A stretch of 61,406 bases of DNA, the filler included, from Choristocarpus tenellus KU-1152 (taxonomy: Eukaryota > Protista > Phaeophyceae): the NCBI GenBank assembly GCA_964200185.2. It is 8 parts of 8 records of this genome, joined end to end, with 100 filler letters (N's around TTAATTAATTAA, not from the genome) between each part and the next. Parts side by side here need not be neighbours in the genome. Positions count along the whole stretch, not along the records: positions 25,988 to 42,851 come from CAXNAD020000750.1; 7 more parts are not named here. The stretch is one strand, 5' to 3'. Of this stretch, positions 26,165 to 41,100 are shown in pieces. Position 1 is the stretch's first letter. Each line of letters begins with the position of its first letter. A model generated the notes under the pieces. The model was not told the DNA's origin. It saw only the letters and a list, made by a program, of their open reading frames with translations, and ran no database searches. Position numbers and translations under genes: made by a program.

Positions 26165-29100
26165 GCATTGATGGTGAGAGGAGGCTGCCTTGCACGCCTT
26201 GTCCTGGATAGATGCCAGGGGTTGGGAGACAGCGCAGTTCGTATGCTGTGCCGTGGGTGCCCTGGTCTGCTCGAATTGAGCCTTCTTGGCTGTCCCTTGG
26301 TGAGTTGTTCCCCACAAGTCCTGTGGACATGTTGATGGCTGTGATATTTTTACATTTTGTTCTGCTCTGAATTTCCATGTCATGCAAATAAATGCCCCCA
26401 TTGACAAGGTCTATCTACTTACAAGCATAGTACCTGTGACCATAGCCCTAACCCTAACCCGTATATTAGAGGTACACATATCCTTTGGGTCTCTTTGGAT
26501 GTGTTTGTGCTGATAGTGATACATACAGTTAATGAAATGTGAGATCAGAATTGCCCTTTACTCTTTGGGAGGTTAGATATGTGTGTGTCTGGGGGTGGGG
26601 GGGGGGGGGGGGGGAGTTTTTGTTTTGGGGGGGGGGGGTTTTTTTGTAGTAAGGAAGGGGGAGACTGTGGGCCCCTTTTTGTGTTTTGGTTNNNNNNNNN
26701 GGGGGGGGGGTATTTGATGATTTGTGAGGGTAGGTTGCCCTTGTAGTAATGGAAGGGCAGACTCAGTGCCTCCTTATGTATCGTTGATTATCAAATCTTC
26801 CTGTTGTTGATGTGTAATGTGTAGACAAATTGCAGGCATTCAAAGGAGATCACATAGCGATGAACAGTAAATATAACCTGGACACTTATGATTAGTTGGA
26901 TGTTTTGCTCATTTCTTCAAATCATTTTGCTTCCTATTAGCAGTGGTGACAAGCTCATGGTAAAGTTGGTGACATTGTTCGTCAGACCCCAGCAGAATTT
27001 CAAAGGCCACAGGTAGATTGTGGATGGGTGTTGCCTGCACTATCACCAGTTGTAGCCTTTATTGAAGTAGTGCGTTATCATTATACCCTACAGGTGCAGT
27101 CTGCAGAGGAACTTTTGTTGAGAAAGCTATCCTTTTAAATCTCATGTTCATTGTGCATGATGGCAAGAGCACAACAACATTACTGGTGTCAAACCCTGAG
27201 AAGGTTCCCGGGACAACTGACTCTTCCCTCTTCAAATGAGAGCTTGGAAAGAAATCTTGGATGCAGCTATTGAAATAGATACCATTGTTTTTGGCTGGAC
27301 TGCCGACTAGTCCAGGACATACCCAATATCAATTAACTAATATATAGGGGGTCGGGGGGATGGTATAGTGGTATGGAAGTTATGGTTTTCCCAACTAAAC
27401 ATTGTTCCTGTATATTTCACTGGGTACAACAACTTGTATTATGAAGTGGTGGCACCTTGGAGTAATGATTATTTCCTCTTGCTGCATACATGTAATAGGA
27501 AAACATCTCAATTTCATATGGTCACATTGGCAGGTCCTTAGTAATACATGTTGTGTAAATCCCCTGCAGGCAATGATATATATATATATACTAGGGATGC
27601 AATGCTCATCTTCTTTATCACAACTATTTCACACTACTATTGCTTTAAATTCCAATCCTGCGGTTGCATGTCAACAGGAAGCTGAACACAGTAATATTTG
27701 GCATCGATGGAGCGACAACTTAAAACTATTAGTAGATAGCATCATTGGTTTGGCAATGCTCATGTTTTCTCTCCCCAATGAATAGCAGGTTACCTGTCAT
27801 GGAGCATGGCATTGCACTCAACACCCAAGCCTCCAAGATCTTGCCATCACCCTCCCCATTAACCCAGGCCTCCATCCTGTGCCTGAGCCTCCACTTACCC
27901 GGAGGACAACTAGAGGACCAAATGTGAAGGGTGCTCCCCCTCCCTCTGTGTGTGTGACTGGTAGTGATGGGACTCGTTCTCCATCAGTTCTTGAAGGGGG
28001 GGGGATATCAGGGGGGCAAGGGAAGGGAGCTGGGCAAGGGGAAAGGGGGGGTAGGGCTGTGGAGGGTCAATGGCATTGCCATCGATGCACTCTGATAAAT
28101 GGAGAAAGGAGGTGTGATACCAACATTGGGTTGATTATGTATTCCCTAGTTTTGTCATTGACATTGTTGGGTCTAGGTTTGAGAGTACAATGTGAAGGGG
28201 TATACTTTAGGTAGGTGAGGGATATGGCACAAAGAGCAAAGTTTTCACCAATACAATTGCCTGTATCACATGTAGCGAGTAGGGTTCATCCATTTCTTCC
28301 AATCGGTCATGGGATGATTGCCTGTTTGGGTACTTGCAGAGTGTTACTAGTGGGAACAACTTGGTGTAATGTTGGGGTTTGTAAATGTTGTAGTTTGGAG
28401 TTGTTCTGTTCCACCAGTACTCTATTTCATCCCTCCTTCCCATCCCAATCGCAAATCAAGATGTGTTTTGCTTTCCTCCCATGCTCCAGGCTCTTATAGT
28501 GATCTTCAAGAATCTTGACATATATGTGTCCACTACACCACTCCACTCAATTTTCTTATGGTTCACCATCTCCCCTATACGTCCCACTAAACCTTTGGCT
28601 CTGGGTAGTATTATGGTGCATCCCTACCACACCGTCACTCGAGTTCCTCCTCCCCCTTTCAATTACCGGCAAGGTCTACCTGTCAGGCGTGCAGGTCTGC
28701 ACGCCTTCCATCGCCTAATAGGTCCTCCTCAGCCCTCTCTCCTGACTCCTCAATTGAGGTGTTTTCACTCAACCTCAATCCCAACAATAATGGTGGTGAC
28801 AGTGACCACTGTAGCCACAGTAGTGGCGCATCTGGCCGCAGAGAGCACAGATCAGCATCCTCTGGGACTGAGGAAAAGATACCAACAGGGTACAGGCAGA
28901 GCAATGCCTCCAGGGGGTGGGAGGAAGAGTGGTCTACTCTGCCCCTGCCGACAGCTTCACCTAGTTGTACCCTTTCTCGTCTACGGATAGATGTATGCCA
29001 CCCACCAGGAGCGGGAATCCCATCGACTGGGCCGTATCACTCAGTGGATAAAGGCAAAGACTCAGAAGAGTTGTCTGCAGGTCTTGCACTGCGGAGGCTG

Positions 29101-32100
29101 GCGCCACTGTTGCCCATGGGTCTTCTCATCTTGGATGTGAGGGTTACTGGAGCACCCCCTCCTCCATCACCCTTGAATTTGACCTCTTCAGGGGTAGGGG
29201 TAGCTGGGGTAGGGGTAGAGAGGGATTGGTCGCGGGGACAGCACCCAGGTTCAGCAAATTGGCCTAAGGGGAGAGAGGAGTATACCAGGAGGAATGCAGG
29301 GGAGCGGGTTGAGATTGTGGTGGGGCCGGATGATCTACTTGCGCTTGCACAGGCGTGTCCATTGTTGCAGGAGCTGATTGTGTGTGGTAATGCAGATCCT
29401 AGGTTCTCAAGGGTTCGTCACAGAATGAGGCAAGCTTGACTTTTGTGTCTTGTTAGGGTTTAAAATGGGGTTGGAGTAATGATTCGATGTAGAGTGGGAG
29501 GTCATTTTGCTAGGAAATTTGTTGGAGCGGGTTCAAGGTTTTTAAGAATGCGTGTTGTTCTCCTAGTTTGCTTAATTGGACTTGGGTCTGGGCTAATGGA
29601 ATGTGGGATTGGTGCTTGCGATTTATTGGTCAAAAGTATTTGCACTTTTAAGAGGTAACCTATGTTGAAGCTTCAGGGTGGGTTTGGATGTATATTGTTC
29701 TTGGGCCTGGAATTTGATTGAGGGATGATTACGAAAGTTGAATGTTATGTTAGATAATACTGTATACGAATACTTTATGTGCAGACGGAAGTTTGAGATG
29801 AGACCAACAAAATGGTCTGGGCAATGTGTTTGTGAAAAAGACACGATCAGGTATAAATGGGAGATATAATTGGATCTATAGTGCACATTGACCTAGATAT
29901 TTGTGTCATTGTCAAGTTGGCATGTAGTAAGAGAGCGTTCGCTTTGCTGGCTCATAGCATGCTTGACTTCTGGTTGAAGAGTGATGCATGGATAAATGTA
30001 AGAGCGGTGATGCAGTGGAAGATTAAAACACTTTCGCTGTGGTTGAACATAACTACCACTGAGATGGCAATGATATGCTGATATGTTGTCATGGATGGTA
30101 CTGAGAGGAACACAAAATGGCGCGAAGATTGTATTCTGTTTCACAGTGTGTTTGTATTGTTCTTGATTTTATTTGTGAGATAATTGGTCAGCTCCAGCAT
30201 TAGTCCAGCATTGTTGTAATCAGTGAACAGACTTGCATTTTCTGTGGCAACTCATATGGACCCCCGGTCCCTTTCCTCACAAGCTACATCTATTCCTACC
30301 TCCCCTCAAAGTCATAGAAATGATCCTGGGGCACATACTTTCTCCTTGGATGCAGTGGTTCCGGCTGCTGCCAGTGCTGTTGCCAAGTTCCTTTGTCCTT
30401 CTTCCTCATTGTCATCCAAGGCGCGTGCTGTCCTAGGTGAGGACAATTTTCTTAATCGTTACTATTAATAGGATCACATCCAAGCAGTGCCTATGGTGGT
30501 GTTAGCAAAAGTGGGAGGTGATCCTGCTCACTTCTGTAGGGTGTACATGCGATGAGTATGCATTGATCTGTTAAGGGTGGTAGCCATCAGAAACAATAAT
30601 GTTTCCATTCTTGACCACTAATGTTGGAATGAGGGAGTGAAGGTGCTTCAGTATTCACTGGCTAATGCACTCAGTCGATCTTCACCCCTACTTGGCTGCA
30701 ATACAAGTATACAATGTACTGGGTGTAAGTAAGCCAGCAGGCCACTGTTGCGCAATTATAATGATATGCTCTGACTATTTACTGCTTCCTTTATGGTTAG
30801 GATTAAGTTTGGGGTTAGGGTTAGGGTCAGGGACAGGGTCAGGTTGATTCTACAACTGCAGTTATTGTTGCTACACCTGCTGCTACTCTGAACTTATGTC
30901 AGGCAATGCAAAAGGTATCTGTGGGGATGAAGCCCAGGGTGAGCATACTGGAGGGTTTGGGCACCAGGGTGGGGATGGAAAGGAAGTTGACTCAACCAGC
31001 AAGAGTTCTTCTCTACGTAGACTGACGCTGATGGACTGTCCAGATCTTCCACCTGCAGTTATTTTGGGCGCATTGGGTGCAACAGATGGAGCGGGGTTAA
31101 CAGAGGTCCACATGGGATATTCACAAGTAGATCGTACCCGTGCTGGCCATGCCTTCTTTCGTAGGAGAAGCATGGGGGCAACGAATATGCTTAGTCTATA
31201 TGAACCTATATCTGGGGGGAGAGGGCAGGAAGTCTTAAGTGAGGAAGAAGCTAGGGACTGGGGAAGACTGTGTTCTAGAGATGTGGAAGGTTTTGAGGTG
31301 TTGCGCTGTGCTTCGCTGGAGGCAATGTCTGTGCTATGTGATGATGAGGTCATGGAGTTGAATTTGGCCTGCCCAATGTTACGCAAACTGAATGTTGAAG
31401 GTTGCAACACCCTATGGTGAGTAAATTGGCAAGTGTATTAGGGGGGGTGAGGGTGGAGATGAGGCATGGATTTCTACCCTTCAATGATGTTGAACGAGGC
31501 TGGTTGCTTTGCATATGACTCCAAGCACACAGATACAATGAATGCGGTCTTCTGAACAACTTGAGAGTTTTATGTCCATAGTGTTCTTATTATCGATGTG
31601 CTCAGCCTTGTGAGGGGTTGATTTGGGATTCTCTTTGCAGGGGATTGTGTCGAGCCTTTGGATTGTAGGTATGAATAACATTTCGTTTTCTTCTTTATGT
31701 GTATGTTGCAGGAAAATGGAGATGGAAGCATCTCCGTTGTTGAGGGATTTGAACTTGTCTGGCTGTGGTTTCGACGATCGGTGAGAATGAGAAAACGTCT
31801 TTCTTTTGTCACTTTACTGTGCCTAGTTATGTGTCTGTGTGCAAATGACACTCTAAGAATGAATATTGTTTGTGCCTCTATGAACTTTGTGTATTGTAGA
31901 GTACCCAAACATACTCCTCTTTTGGTAGATGATCTTTTTTTTTTACAGGAGAAGTGGCTACTGTGAACACTGTTGATTCTGCATGCCTACAGGATGGTAG
32001 AATTTTTGGCCAGTGTAACCTTACAGCTAAATGGGGGTAGTAATCAACTGAGAAGTTTATGTTGCTGTGTTAAATCATACTAGGTTGCTTGAGGTTCTTA

Positions 32101-35100
32101 GTTTGAGGTTAGCATGTGCAATGGTCTTCTTCAGCTGCTTGTCGAGTCTTCTACATCCCACACACACATCCACATACCCTTGCTCACCTGTGTCTCGGTT
32201 GCAATTTCCTGGCATGTCACCCATGCATGATATCTGCCCCATACTTCCCTTATTGCCCTCCTCATGCCACCCTCCCTCTTGTCCCTCGGTGATCTAGCCT
32301 TTTCTGCCCCCTGTATTAACCCCATTGTTGAACTCTTGTGTGAACAAAGAACATGTTGAAAATGTTACAAGTAGTGGTGTCCATTATTTGAGGATAGTAG
32401 TGTACTTTATTGTTAGTTTGGAAGTATTTTACAGGAAATTTCTGTTGGTTTATAAGGTCAAGAGCGCCACATGCACACTCTGATATCGTGACTATCAGGT
32501 TGACAGTAGCAGCATAGAAGTGATTCCCGGAGCAAACTCCTGTTTGCTGATGGAACCTCACGGACTTCTTCCATAGCTAGTAGTCAATACATGGATGTTC
32601 AATACTTGAACCCATCAGACTCCTCAACACCCATCATGGCTAACGTTTCACCCAATATACATGATCTACCTGGATCTAAAATGACACCTATTTTTCTACT
32701 GGTTGTTTTTTTGTATGATCTCTTGTCACCCACAGAATGGTGGCATTAACACATGCTGTTCCCGGTCTTACTGCCATTGACATATCAGGAAATTTTTACC
32801 TGAGAGATACGGTGAGGGAAGCTAACTTGACGCATTTTGTGTTCAGTTGAAAATATTGTTGAGTCATCTTTTCTGGACTGCAAAATAGAAGGTGTGCCAA
32901 GAGATTGCTGTGGCTAATGGTTGTTGTGTAAGCTGTTTTGTCAACCTTCATGGATTTGGAATAGTCCTTACTCTACTTTGCTTGCCCCTTCCTAAAACAT
33001 TGATATGCCTAATGCTGTCTGAAAAGACTCAACAACCTGATGAAGTGCACTGGGTCGGATATTCATGTTGCAAGGTACATAGTGGGTTCCTTAGGGCTGT
33101 TATCGACAAATAGATTGATCTTTCCATCATTTGGCAACATACACTTCTCCTAATGATGGTAATAACTCTTCCTATTTGCATCAGTAGTAGCAGTAGTAGT
33201 GTATTATGTACATTATCCAGAACCTTTTAAAATGGCGACCTTAAAGTTAGTGTTAAGTGAAAGAAACTTCTTGACAATAAGAATGGCCCTTACCTCCTTA
33301 GATTAATTAACCCTTACCCAAACTATCACCAAGCTATTTGCAATCCCTATGCGATGAAGGTTTTTGTACCTCAATCTATATGTGAAACTGTGAAAACATC
33401 TGTTGTTAGACTGTGTCGGTACCCCTCCCAGAGTCTACATACTGCAGTGGGAAAAGGATAGAAAGTCTTTGGTATAGGGAAAGGGAAATGCCTATCATTC
33501 TGGGCTGCATATTTTCCAAAAGGTTCCAAGAATACTTGTAGTATGTTGAGTGTGACTTTCAATTTTCCTTTTCTGCCATATAGTGATTCTAGTTCCTTGA
33601 GGCTTCTGGTAGGATGGCATTATGAATGACTGTATCAACTGTTAGAACTAGTGTCAGAGTTTGTGGCTACCCCAATATTATTGGACTCTACTTCAAGTAT
33701 TATTGTTGATCTGACATGAATGCTACTGGGAGGAATGTGGAGTGCAGTAGCAATATCACATGAATATGTTACAAGTTTGGGAGTGCTAGTTGTGGTATTT
33801 CGGATACTGATGCTGTTTCTGTTACTAGAAGGGTCCTGCATGTTGTCAAGGGAGCCGATTCCCAACTACAAACCCGGTTACTTAAGTTGTATTGAGTTAT
33901 TGCGCAAGCTTGAAGAGGGCAGTGACCTCATCAAGATAGGTGTGGGGAATGGCAGGGCATTACCACATGGGCTGACAACCGCCGATCTATCTGTTCTATC
34001 TTGGATAGGCACCTGCACAACATTGAACTTTCTTCTTAAGGGGTACAGTCATCCTTACCCCCAAAAATGTGTTGCAATTCTGTTGTATCCATGATACCAG
34101 GCCGTTAATTTTGTCCAAACGCCATTCTTGACAGTATACATTCATTGTTGTAAGTCAGCGGGCAAAACAAATGTGGTGAATATAATCAAGATGTAATGAG
34201 TGTGCTTTACTTTGATGTATTGCAATGGTAGCATTTGTGCTGTACATGTGAACGAGAAATAATCTCTGGTTCTGCCTAGGGCATAACGTATCCTGTATGT
34301 CTTCTCTATTGCAGAGAAATATAGAGCTAGTGACAAGGGGTGGGACAGTCAATTTATTAGTCGGGTGACAGGTCAGGTTATCCCACCTTGTTGAGATCAA
34401 TGGTCCCACCTGTTGGGCTTTACTCACAGTAGAGTATTGAATTATTGAAATAGCAAGATAGACAACATGTATTGTGCACTCCATTCAGTTCTTCATCCTC
34501 TCCACTTCACTCAGCCTTTCATAGTCCTCAACAACCTAACAACCTTGTATATATCTGGCGACTTGTGCCACAATGCCGGGGTAGGTGGCATAGCATGAAA
34601 GAGGGATGTAATTAAAGCCCCAAATCCAAAGGGCTGCCAATTTTGAAGGAAAATAGAAGACTTTACTAACTAGATATTGGGAGGTGGGCAGGTTGGTATG
34701 GTGGTGTAAGGTATGTTACCGATGACATAAGCTGAATCGTCATACTGTCAGTGTTTCTTTCATGTGAGTCATACCTTATTGCCAACTAGTCTGTAACCCT
34801 ATTTCTATTTACAACCCTGGTATGAAACTCAAAAAATTAGATTTATACTAATAGAATCGCTTGGATATCGCATTGAGTCAATAAGATTGCTTGTTCCTTT
34901 CCCCTTACTGCAACCATTTCTTCTTTTATTATTGTTGGCTTCACTTTGGCTGCTACTCTTTTTTTGTACCCCTCCCTTTTGTACTTTCTCTGTTCTTGTT
35001 TATCATCCAGTCCGTGATGGAAATCCTTGCAAACTGTCCAGCACTCTCCTCCTTCAAGATGGATGGGTAAGGCATGGCTTAGAGAGTGAGACTGAGTTAG

Positions 35101-38100
35101 GGGATGAAAAGGAGAGGTGGTGCGGGGAGGAGGGTTGGAAGCTATTGGCAGAGGCATGTGGGTTCTGTGAATATGCTTATCTGTTGCCCTGCTTGTGTCT
35201 TGTGACTGTGGAAGCTTGCTTATGTCCTCAAGTCTTTGTGTGTGTATGTGTAATGAACTCACATATTGTTGGCAATGCCCTTCTGTATCTTTGATGCCCC
35301 TTTCATCACCTATTCCCCATCCCCACCCCTTTACGCAGATCTCACTCTTCTTGGGGGCACTACATGCTCCACTTCATCTTGTCCCGCCAGTCATTAATGT
35401 CCTGTCATCCCCCCCAGTCTGCACTGGTGGATCACACATGGGGACAATGTCTTTCTGAGTTGGTGCTGGCGCGTACTGGCGGATTTTCTGGTTTACATCT
35501 GGTGGGTATTGCAGTGTCACTACCATCACTTCGCCGGTTGTCTTTGGCATCATGCCACCGTTTGACTGAGGTTGATGGTGCTGAGAGTGGTGGTGCTTTT
35601 GGTTTGGAAAGAGACCATGAGGATGACCCTGGCGTAGATGGAGGACAGGAAGCCTGGTCCTCATTGATTAGTGAGAATGGAAAGGACCAAGGTGTAGAGA
35701 TCAGAGGGGAAGGGGTTCAAGGGGTATCTGATGAAAAATCTGATGTGTGCCTGAAGATCTTCAGTGGGAAAGAGCAGTTCGAGGATAAGCTGGAGGCAAT
35801 CTCATCACAGAAAGAACACTTCTGCAGGGGTTCTGTGGGAGGATCTTCAGATGAGGGAAGGGGAAGTGAGAAGGAGGAAGTTCTTGACAAAGGAGAGACT
35901 GAAGGCTCTGAGAGGTACCAGGGAGAATGCCGTGCAGGGGGGGGTGGGGGGCACCATAAAGCTAAGGAGAAAAAGGCAATGGTGGGTGCTAGGCAGGGGA
36001 CGAAAGAAGGGAAGGAGCTTGGATGGGGCGTCTCTGCTCGAAGGATTAAAGGGAAGGGGAAGGGGGGAAGGAGGGGTGGAGGAGGTGGTGTGGGAGGGGA
36101 GGAGGTGAGAGGTGGGATGAGTTTGGCGTACCTCATGCAGGTTTTTGTTTCTTTCCTGACAGTTTTTTATTTAGGATTGGTTTTTGTATGTGCGAATTCT
36201 TGATGATAGATCATTATCCCACAGTATTGTTTCAGCAGTTTATACCTGGCGTGTGTTTAGCCCCACTAACAAGAATTGTATTTCCTTATCATATGAGAAA
36301 TATTTTCGGTTCACATTTCTACTACCCAGCACCATTTATAACACCTACTATAGGGGTACTTGTAAACGTTCCAAAGCAATATGACCCCTCCATCCCGGTT
36401 GTTGATAATGGGCAGTTCTTCAGATATTTGAAAGTAGCAATTGTGATATTTGTTCTAGTATGAATCATCACGGCACTCTCAAAGACTTGGACAGTTGAGA
36501 GGTTTATACTCTGGAGTATATATCTCAAGACTTGATTTCTTATTTTGCACTGTACCCACAAGGTTTGTGGTCTTTTAGACAACATGCCAAACGGTGATTT
36601 AAATAGTGTCAGGTTCTGCTTAGTTCCAGCTCAAATCACGACTACCTAGATGGTTTTTATGATAGTACACTGAAACAACAACAGCTCATCAGGTGCTTCG
36701 CAGTGGCACATTTTTTTCTCCAAACACTGTTGATTGCATCGTTGCAGACTCCTAATCAGGGACGCCACCGACGTGGCGGGGCTAAGGGCAAGGTGGGTAC
36801 TGAAGGTCAGTACAGCAAAGGCAATGATGGTGGACGGGGCAAAAGTTCCAGAAAGGTCCACACCAGAGATGTTCTCCAGGGACTGGAGTTTACTGTGGAT
36901 GCTAAAACTCTAGCAAGACTGGAGAAACTAGCAGCATCTCTGCCGTGGTGGGTGTCATAGGATCTGACTGCTGAGTTATATACACAACCCTCATAATCCT
37001 ATGGCTGTATCTGCACCTTTTTTTAACGGAGATCAGGGTATCCTCATTGTGTGTAGGGAGAAAACTACCAGGAATTTTCTGAAAATGGGAACTGCTATGC
37101 AGTTTGTAGGGCATGCTCGGTCACTCTTGTGCTCTGCAGGTCTATGCTGCACTTGTGCAGAAATAGCACATCACACCATATGCCAGTGGGCTGCAGATGG
37201 ACTAGACCATTATTGTGAAGGCCAAGGAGAGGTTAGTCAAGGTGTGGTAACACTGCCATAAGTTGTGTCATGGAGAGTTGCATTAACCTTGGTTACCTTT
37301 TCCTTGGCATTTCCAAACACTATACTGCCTTCCTACAACCCATTTACATATGGCATGCATGTTTCTTCTACGCATGTGGCACAGATCTGTAGAGCACAGG
37401 AACGATTGAGTGCGCAGGCAACTAGATTAGTGCAGTTTCTAACGCATTTTTCCATTTTGGCCTTATCACTGGGATATTTCTTCATCTTTTTGGGGGCCTG
37501 AACCCCCGTTGTTTACCTCTGATGCTGTAGGCCAGTACTCATCATCATAGGACATAGTTGGGGATCCTGGAGTTCAGTAAGCTTCAACATCTTGCTCCAA
37601 CTTTGTAGGCCCTGCTAAATTTTTCTCAGCCCCAAGTCCCTTTTGACCTCACTTTGCTCTACACTTTGTGAAGCCCTAGAGACTTACCCAACATACACAC
37701 TGCCATTTGATGTGTGAGCTCCAGCTGGGAGGTCAGAATCGAAGGTTGCATCCTCCTTCGTCCCTGAAATGCCAGATTACCACGAACCTCTATTGTTGAC
37801 CGACCCCTAAAGGGGCATCGCTCTTCCCAATATATTTAGGGAAACCAGTTGCTGTACCCCTTACCAGGACCTTGTTTTCATCAGTCCCTACCATCGCCAA
37901 GCCATTTCTTCTTGCACCTACAAATTTCTCACTGGCAGTGGTCCCATCTGCATCATCACCATCATCAGCTATTTCACCTCTCACATTTGTCGTTATTGGC
38001 GCTTCCACCTGCGTTAGCACTCCCAGGACAACTGGCATTGTTGTTCATTAGATGAATTATGAATACCAACCCCTGCTTACTACTGCCTTCTCCAAGTGAA

Positions 38101-41100
38101 TTTTTATTCTCCCTAGTGTGTATCAGTTTCTCTCAAGGTATGATACAAGATACGTGTCATGGATGTGCAACTCACGCACTCTCTTTTGCAGAGTCCATCC
38201 TACAATCACCTTCCCTTTGAAACTGTTTGTTGTTCTTTGTTTTCTTCTTCTGTCGTTGTCCTGAGTGAAAGTATCTTAGAGGGTACGATTTTTGCCCTGT
38301 TTGTCCATTTGGGGCTTGGCTTCCCACGGTTTTTTATGACATTTTCTTACTCCAAAATGTTTTGGAGTAGGTAAAATGTATACTTCATGTGTTCGGAACA
38401 AGGATATTGACGCTTCCTAACAAACACGATAACCAAAATTACATCAAAATTGCAACATTGGATTTTGGACCCCAAATGGACACAACTCTACCCTCTAAGA
38501 TACTTTGACTCTCCTTCCACAGAGCACCAAGTCTATTATTTATTATACTCGATGTTTTGTCGTGCATTTTCTGTTGTATTGCTCTAAATAGATGCAAGTA
38601 TTCTTCATTATTCTGGACTCCTTCTTTTGAGATACACCTTCTCTTGGTTTACTTTCACCAGATATCCACCATCTCTTGAGCCTCTTCTGTTGCAATTTAT
38701 TTCCTCCCTCACATCTTTAACCTGGTATGATGTGATATCGTTGCTATCATTGCTCCCTTATGTCCTCTTTGTTTCATTATCTTTTTTCTCCCCTTGTCCA
38801 AGCTTGACCCTCCCGAGACAGTTTCTCCTTTCAGAGTCCTTTGTGTTAACCTGACCCTTGCCCTCCCTTGCCTGCATCACCCCATACATGCTAATCTTGA
38901 AGGATTTGCTCCATTCTATCCAATCTTGACTGTGAAAGTTCTCGGATGGTTTCCAGTCATAGGCATGCAAATTGTGTGTGAGGTTCCCCACACCCCCAGG
39001 AGCCAAATCCTCTTCTGGTCCTTTGCTACTTTTATCTTGCCACAACCAGTGCCCCGGTCATGGTTGCTGGCATCGCCAATCTATACCTATTTATCTGGCA
39101 TACTTCAAATTACCTCTGAATACCTTAACTCTCTAGTCCCTCCCTTGACTCCCTAGTGCACTACTGTTTGCCTTGTTAATGTATACAGAGTATTGTTGCC
39201 CAAGATTGATCTAGAGCACGCCAATCCAATTGTCTCCAGTCAGTCTGCTAGGTCTTACAGCACTATGATCAGATTCTCCATCTGAACCAAAATTGGTGCA
39301 GGATCCTCCTATGTTGTTTTGACGGTCTGCTGGTCTAGCTGTTCCGCCTTTTTTGTTGCCCTATAAGGTGTGTTTTATTTTGTTAGAGCCATAAATGCCT
39401 CACTTAGCAACATGTAGTTGAACACAATGCTGTTTGCCGTGCCCACTGTTGCTTCCAAGGGGAAAGAATTCCTTTTTTTTTTGCGCTCAGTTCATGTTGC
39501 TCCTAGTCAAATCCCTTTTCCATCGTTCTAAATTGGTTTTTGTATCGACTCTTCTAACCCCTGTTGCCGTTCACTCTATGGACTCATTTTCAAACCTCTG
39601 GAAATCCCCCCTTTGCTCCCCAGCGAACAGTTCAGAACTGTTTAATAGTGGTATCAACGCAATTGTCTCTTTTGGTCATCCAGTAGACCGATGCCATTGT
39701 CACCTCTTCATCTCTCTACCACTCCAAGCCCCCAGATCAGGAGTGAGCTGTGCTCTATCCCTGCATGGGGCAGCTCCTCACCAGGTACTGCACTTGACCC
39801 CACAATCAGAACTGATGAGTGACTACCTCCCCAGCAGCTTTAGTACAATGTCAAATAGCACACTTACTTGTAAGCAGTGCTAGTTTGCACGCCAGCACCA
39901 ATTGCTACATTGTACTGATATTGTTGTCCAAACACAAGAGAGAGTACAAACATCTTGGATAGTAATGGGACTGCGTCAGCATCTCCACACGTTCTGTCCA
40001 CTAATATTCACAACCTTCTGCCTCAATTGTTCTCCTCATATCTCGAATAGAACACCCACCTTTCTGTTCCACTATCTGTGGAGATTCACTGTATATCTTA
40101 CTCGGTTGGTAACCTTGGTAAAATTCGATAAGACCAATGAGTATCCTGGAAGGGTAAAAGCACAATTCTTGACACATCCTGTTGTGCCATGCTGTTTTTT
40201 TTGTTATAGACTTGGGCTTCATATTGAAGGTAAAAAGACAATGGTTAAAGACGTGAGCACGAAGGGATAAGCCATTTGATTTATATTGAGATGTTCATAA
40301 CGAACTAAAGGATATCGGTGATACCAGGATGTTAGAAGGGTGTAGACACTTGAAATTTTACTTTGAAGCAGTACAGTCCTTCAAAACATCTGGTCCAATC
40401 TACCTCCGGCTTTGATGATGGCTTCATAAGCACCATATTGATTCGATCACATGGATGATGTGTGTGGTGCTGTGGCCCCTTCAAACTCTGGGCTACACCG
40501 GCAGGGTGGTCGCCTGATCCTCTTCAACACCTGGCACAGGCTGTTCTCCGCAATAATTGGGGCAATCAACCCCAGCTTTTGATGGCATCTTCTCAGCACC
40601 CCGATCAACCTCATCACAACTCTCAGAATCTAACAGGGTGGAGTTTGATGAGTTCAGGGCCTTTGAGTTATGATCATCACTTTTATAGTCTTGTGGTTGA
40701 AGCTGAATGAAATGACCCAGTCACTTCTATTACCTCTGATGCCTTGATAGAAAGACTTTTATTGGAGGGGGATATTTTCATTTCATCTCTGATTTGACCA
40801 TCTAGTCGTTCTATAGCTTACATTTGATTGTGTTCCTCAGTTTACTTGTGTTGCAACAACAGTCAACTATGTTATTCATGCAGTCCTAAACTGGGCAATG
40901 GTATCATTGAGTGTTGATTTGTTAATTGTTGATTGCTGTTGAAAGGGAGAGGACAGGGAGGCGTGCTGGAAAAGTGTCATGCATTCGATTCCTGGCAGGC
41001 GTATGCGATCTTGGAGAGAAGGACTGTCCTTGGGCACATATTCCAATGTTTGTAAGTTGTACCTGGTGCTTGGCAGAGTGGAGTTAGTAGAGTTGGAGTT

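Noticed and set aside
40960-41005. tRNA or SINE suggested by TTCGATTCC
   Set aside because: No A box or cloverleaf around it.
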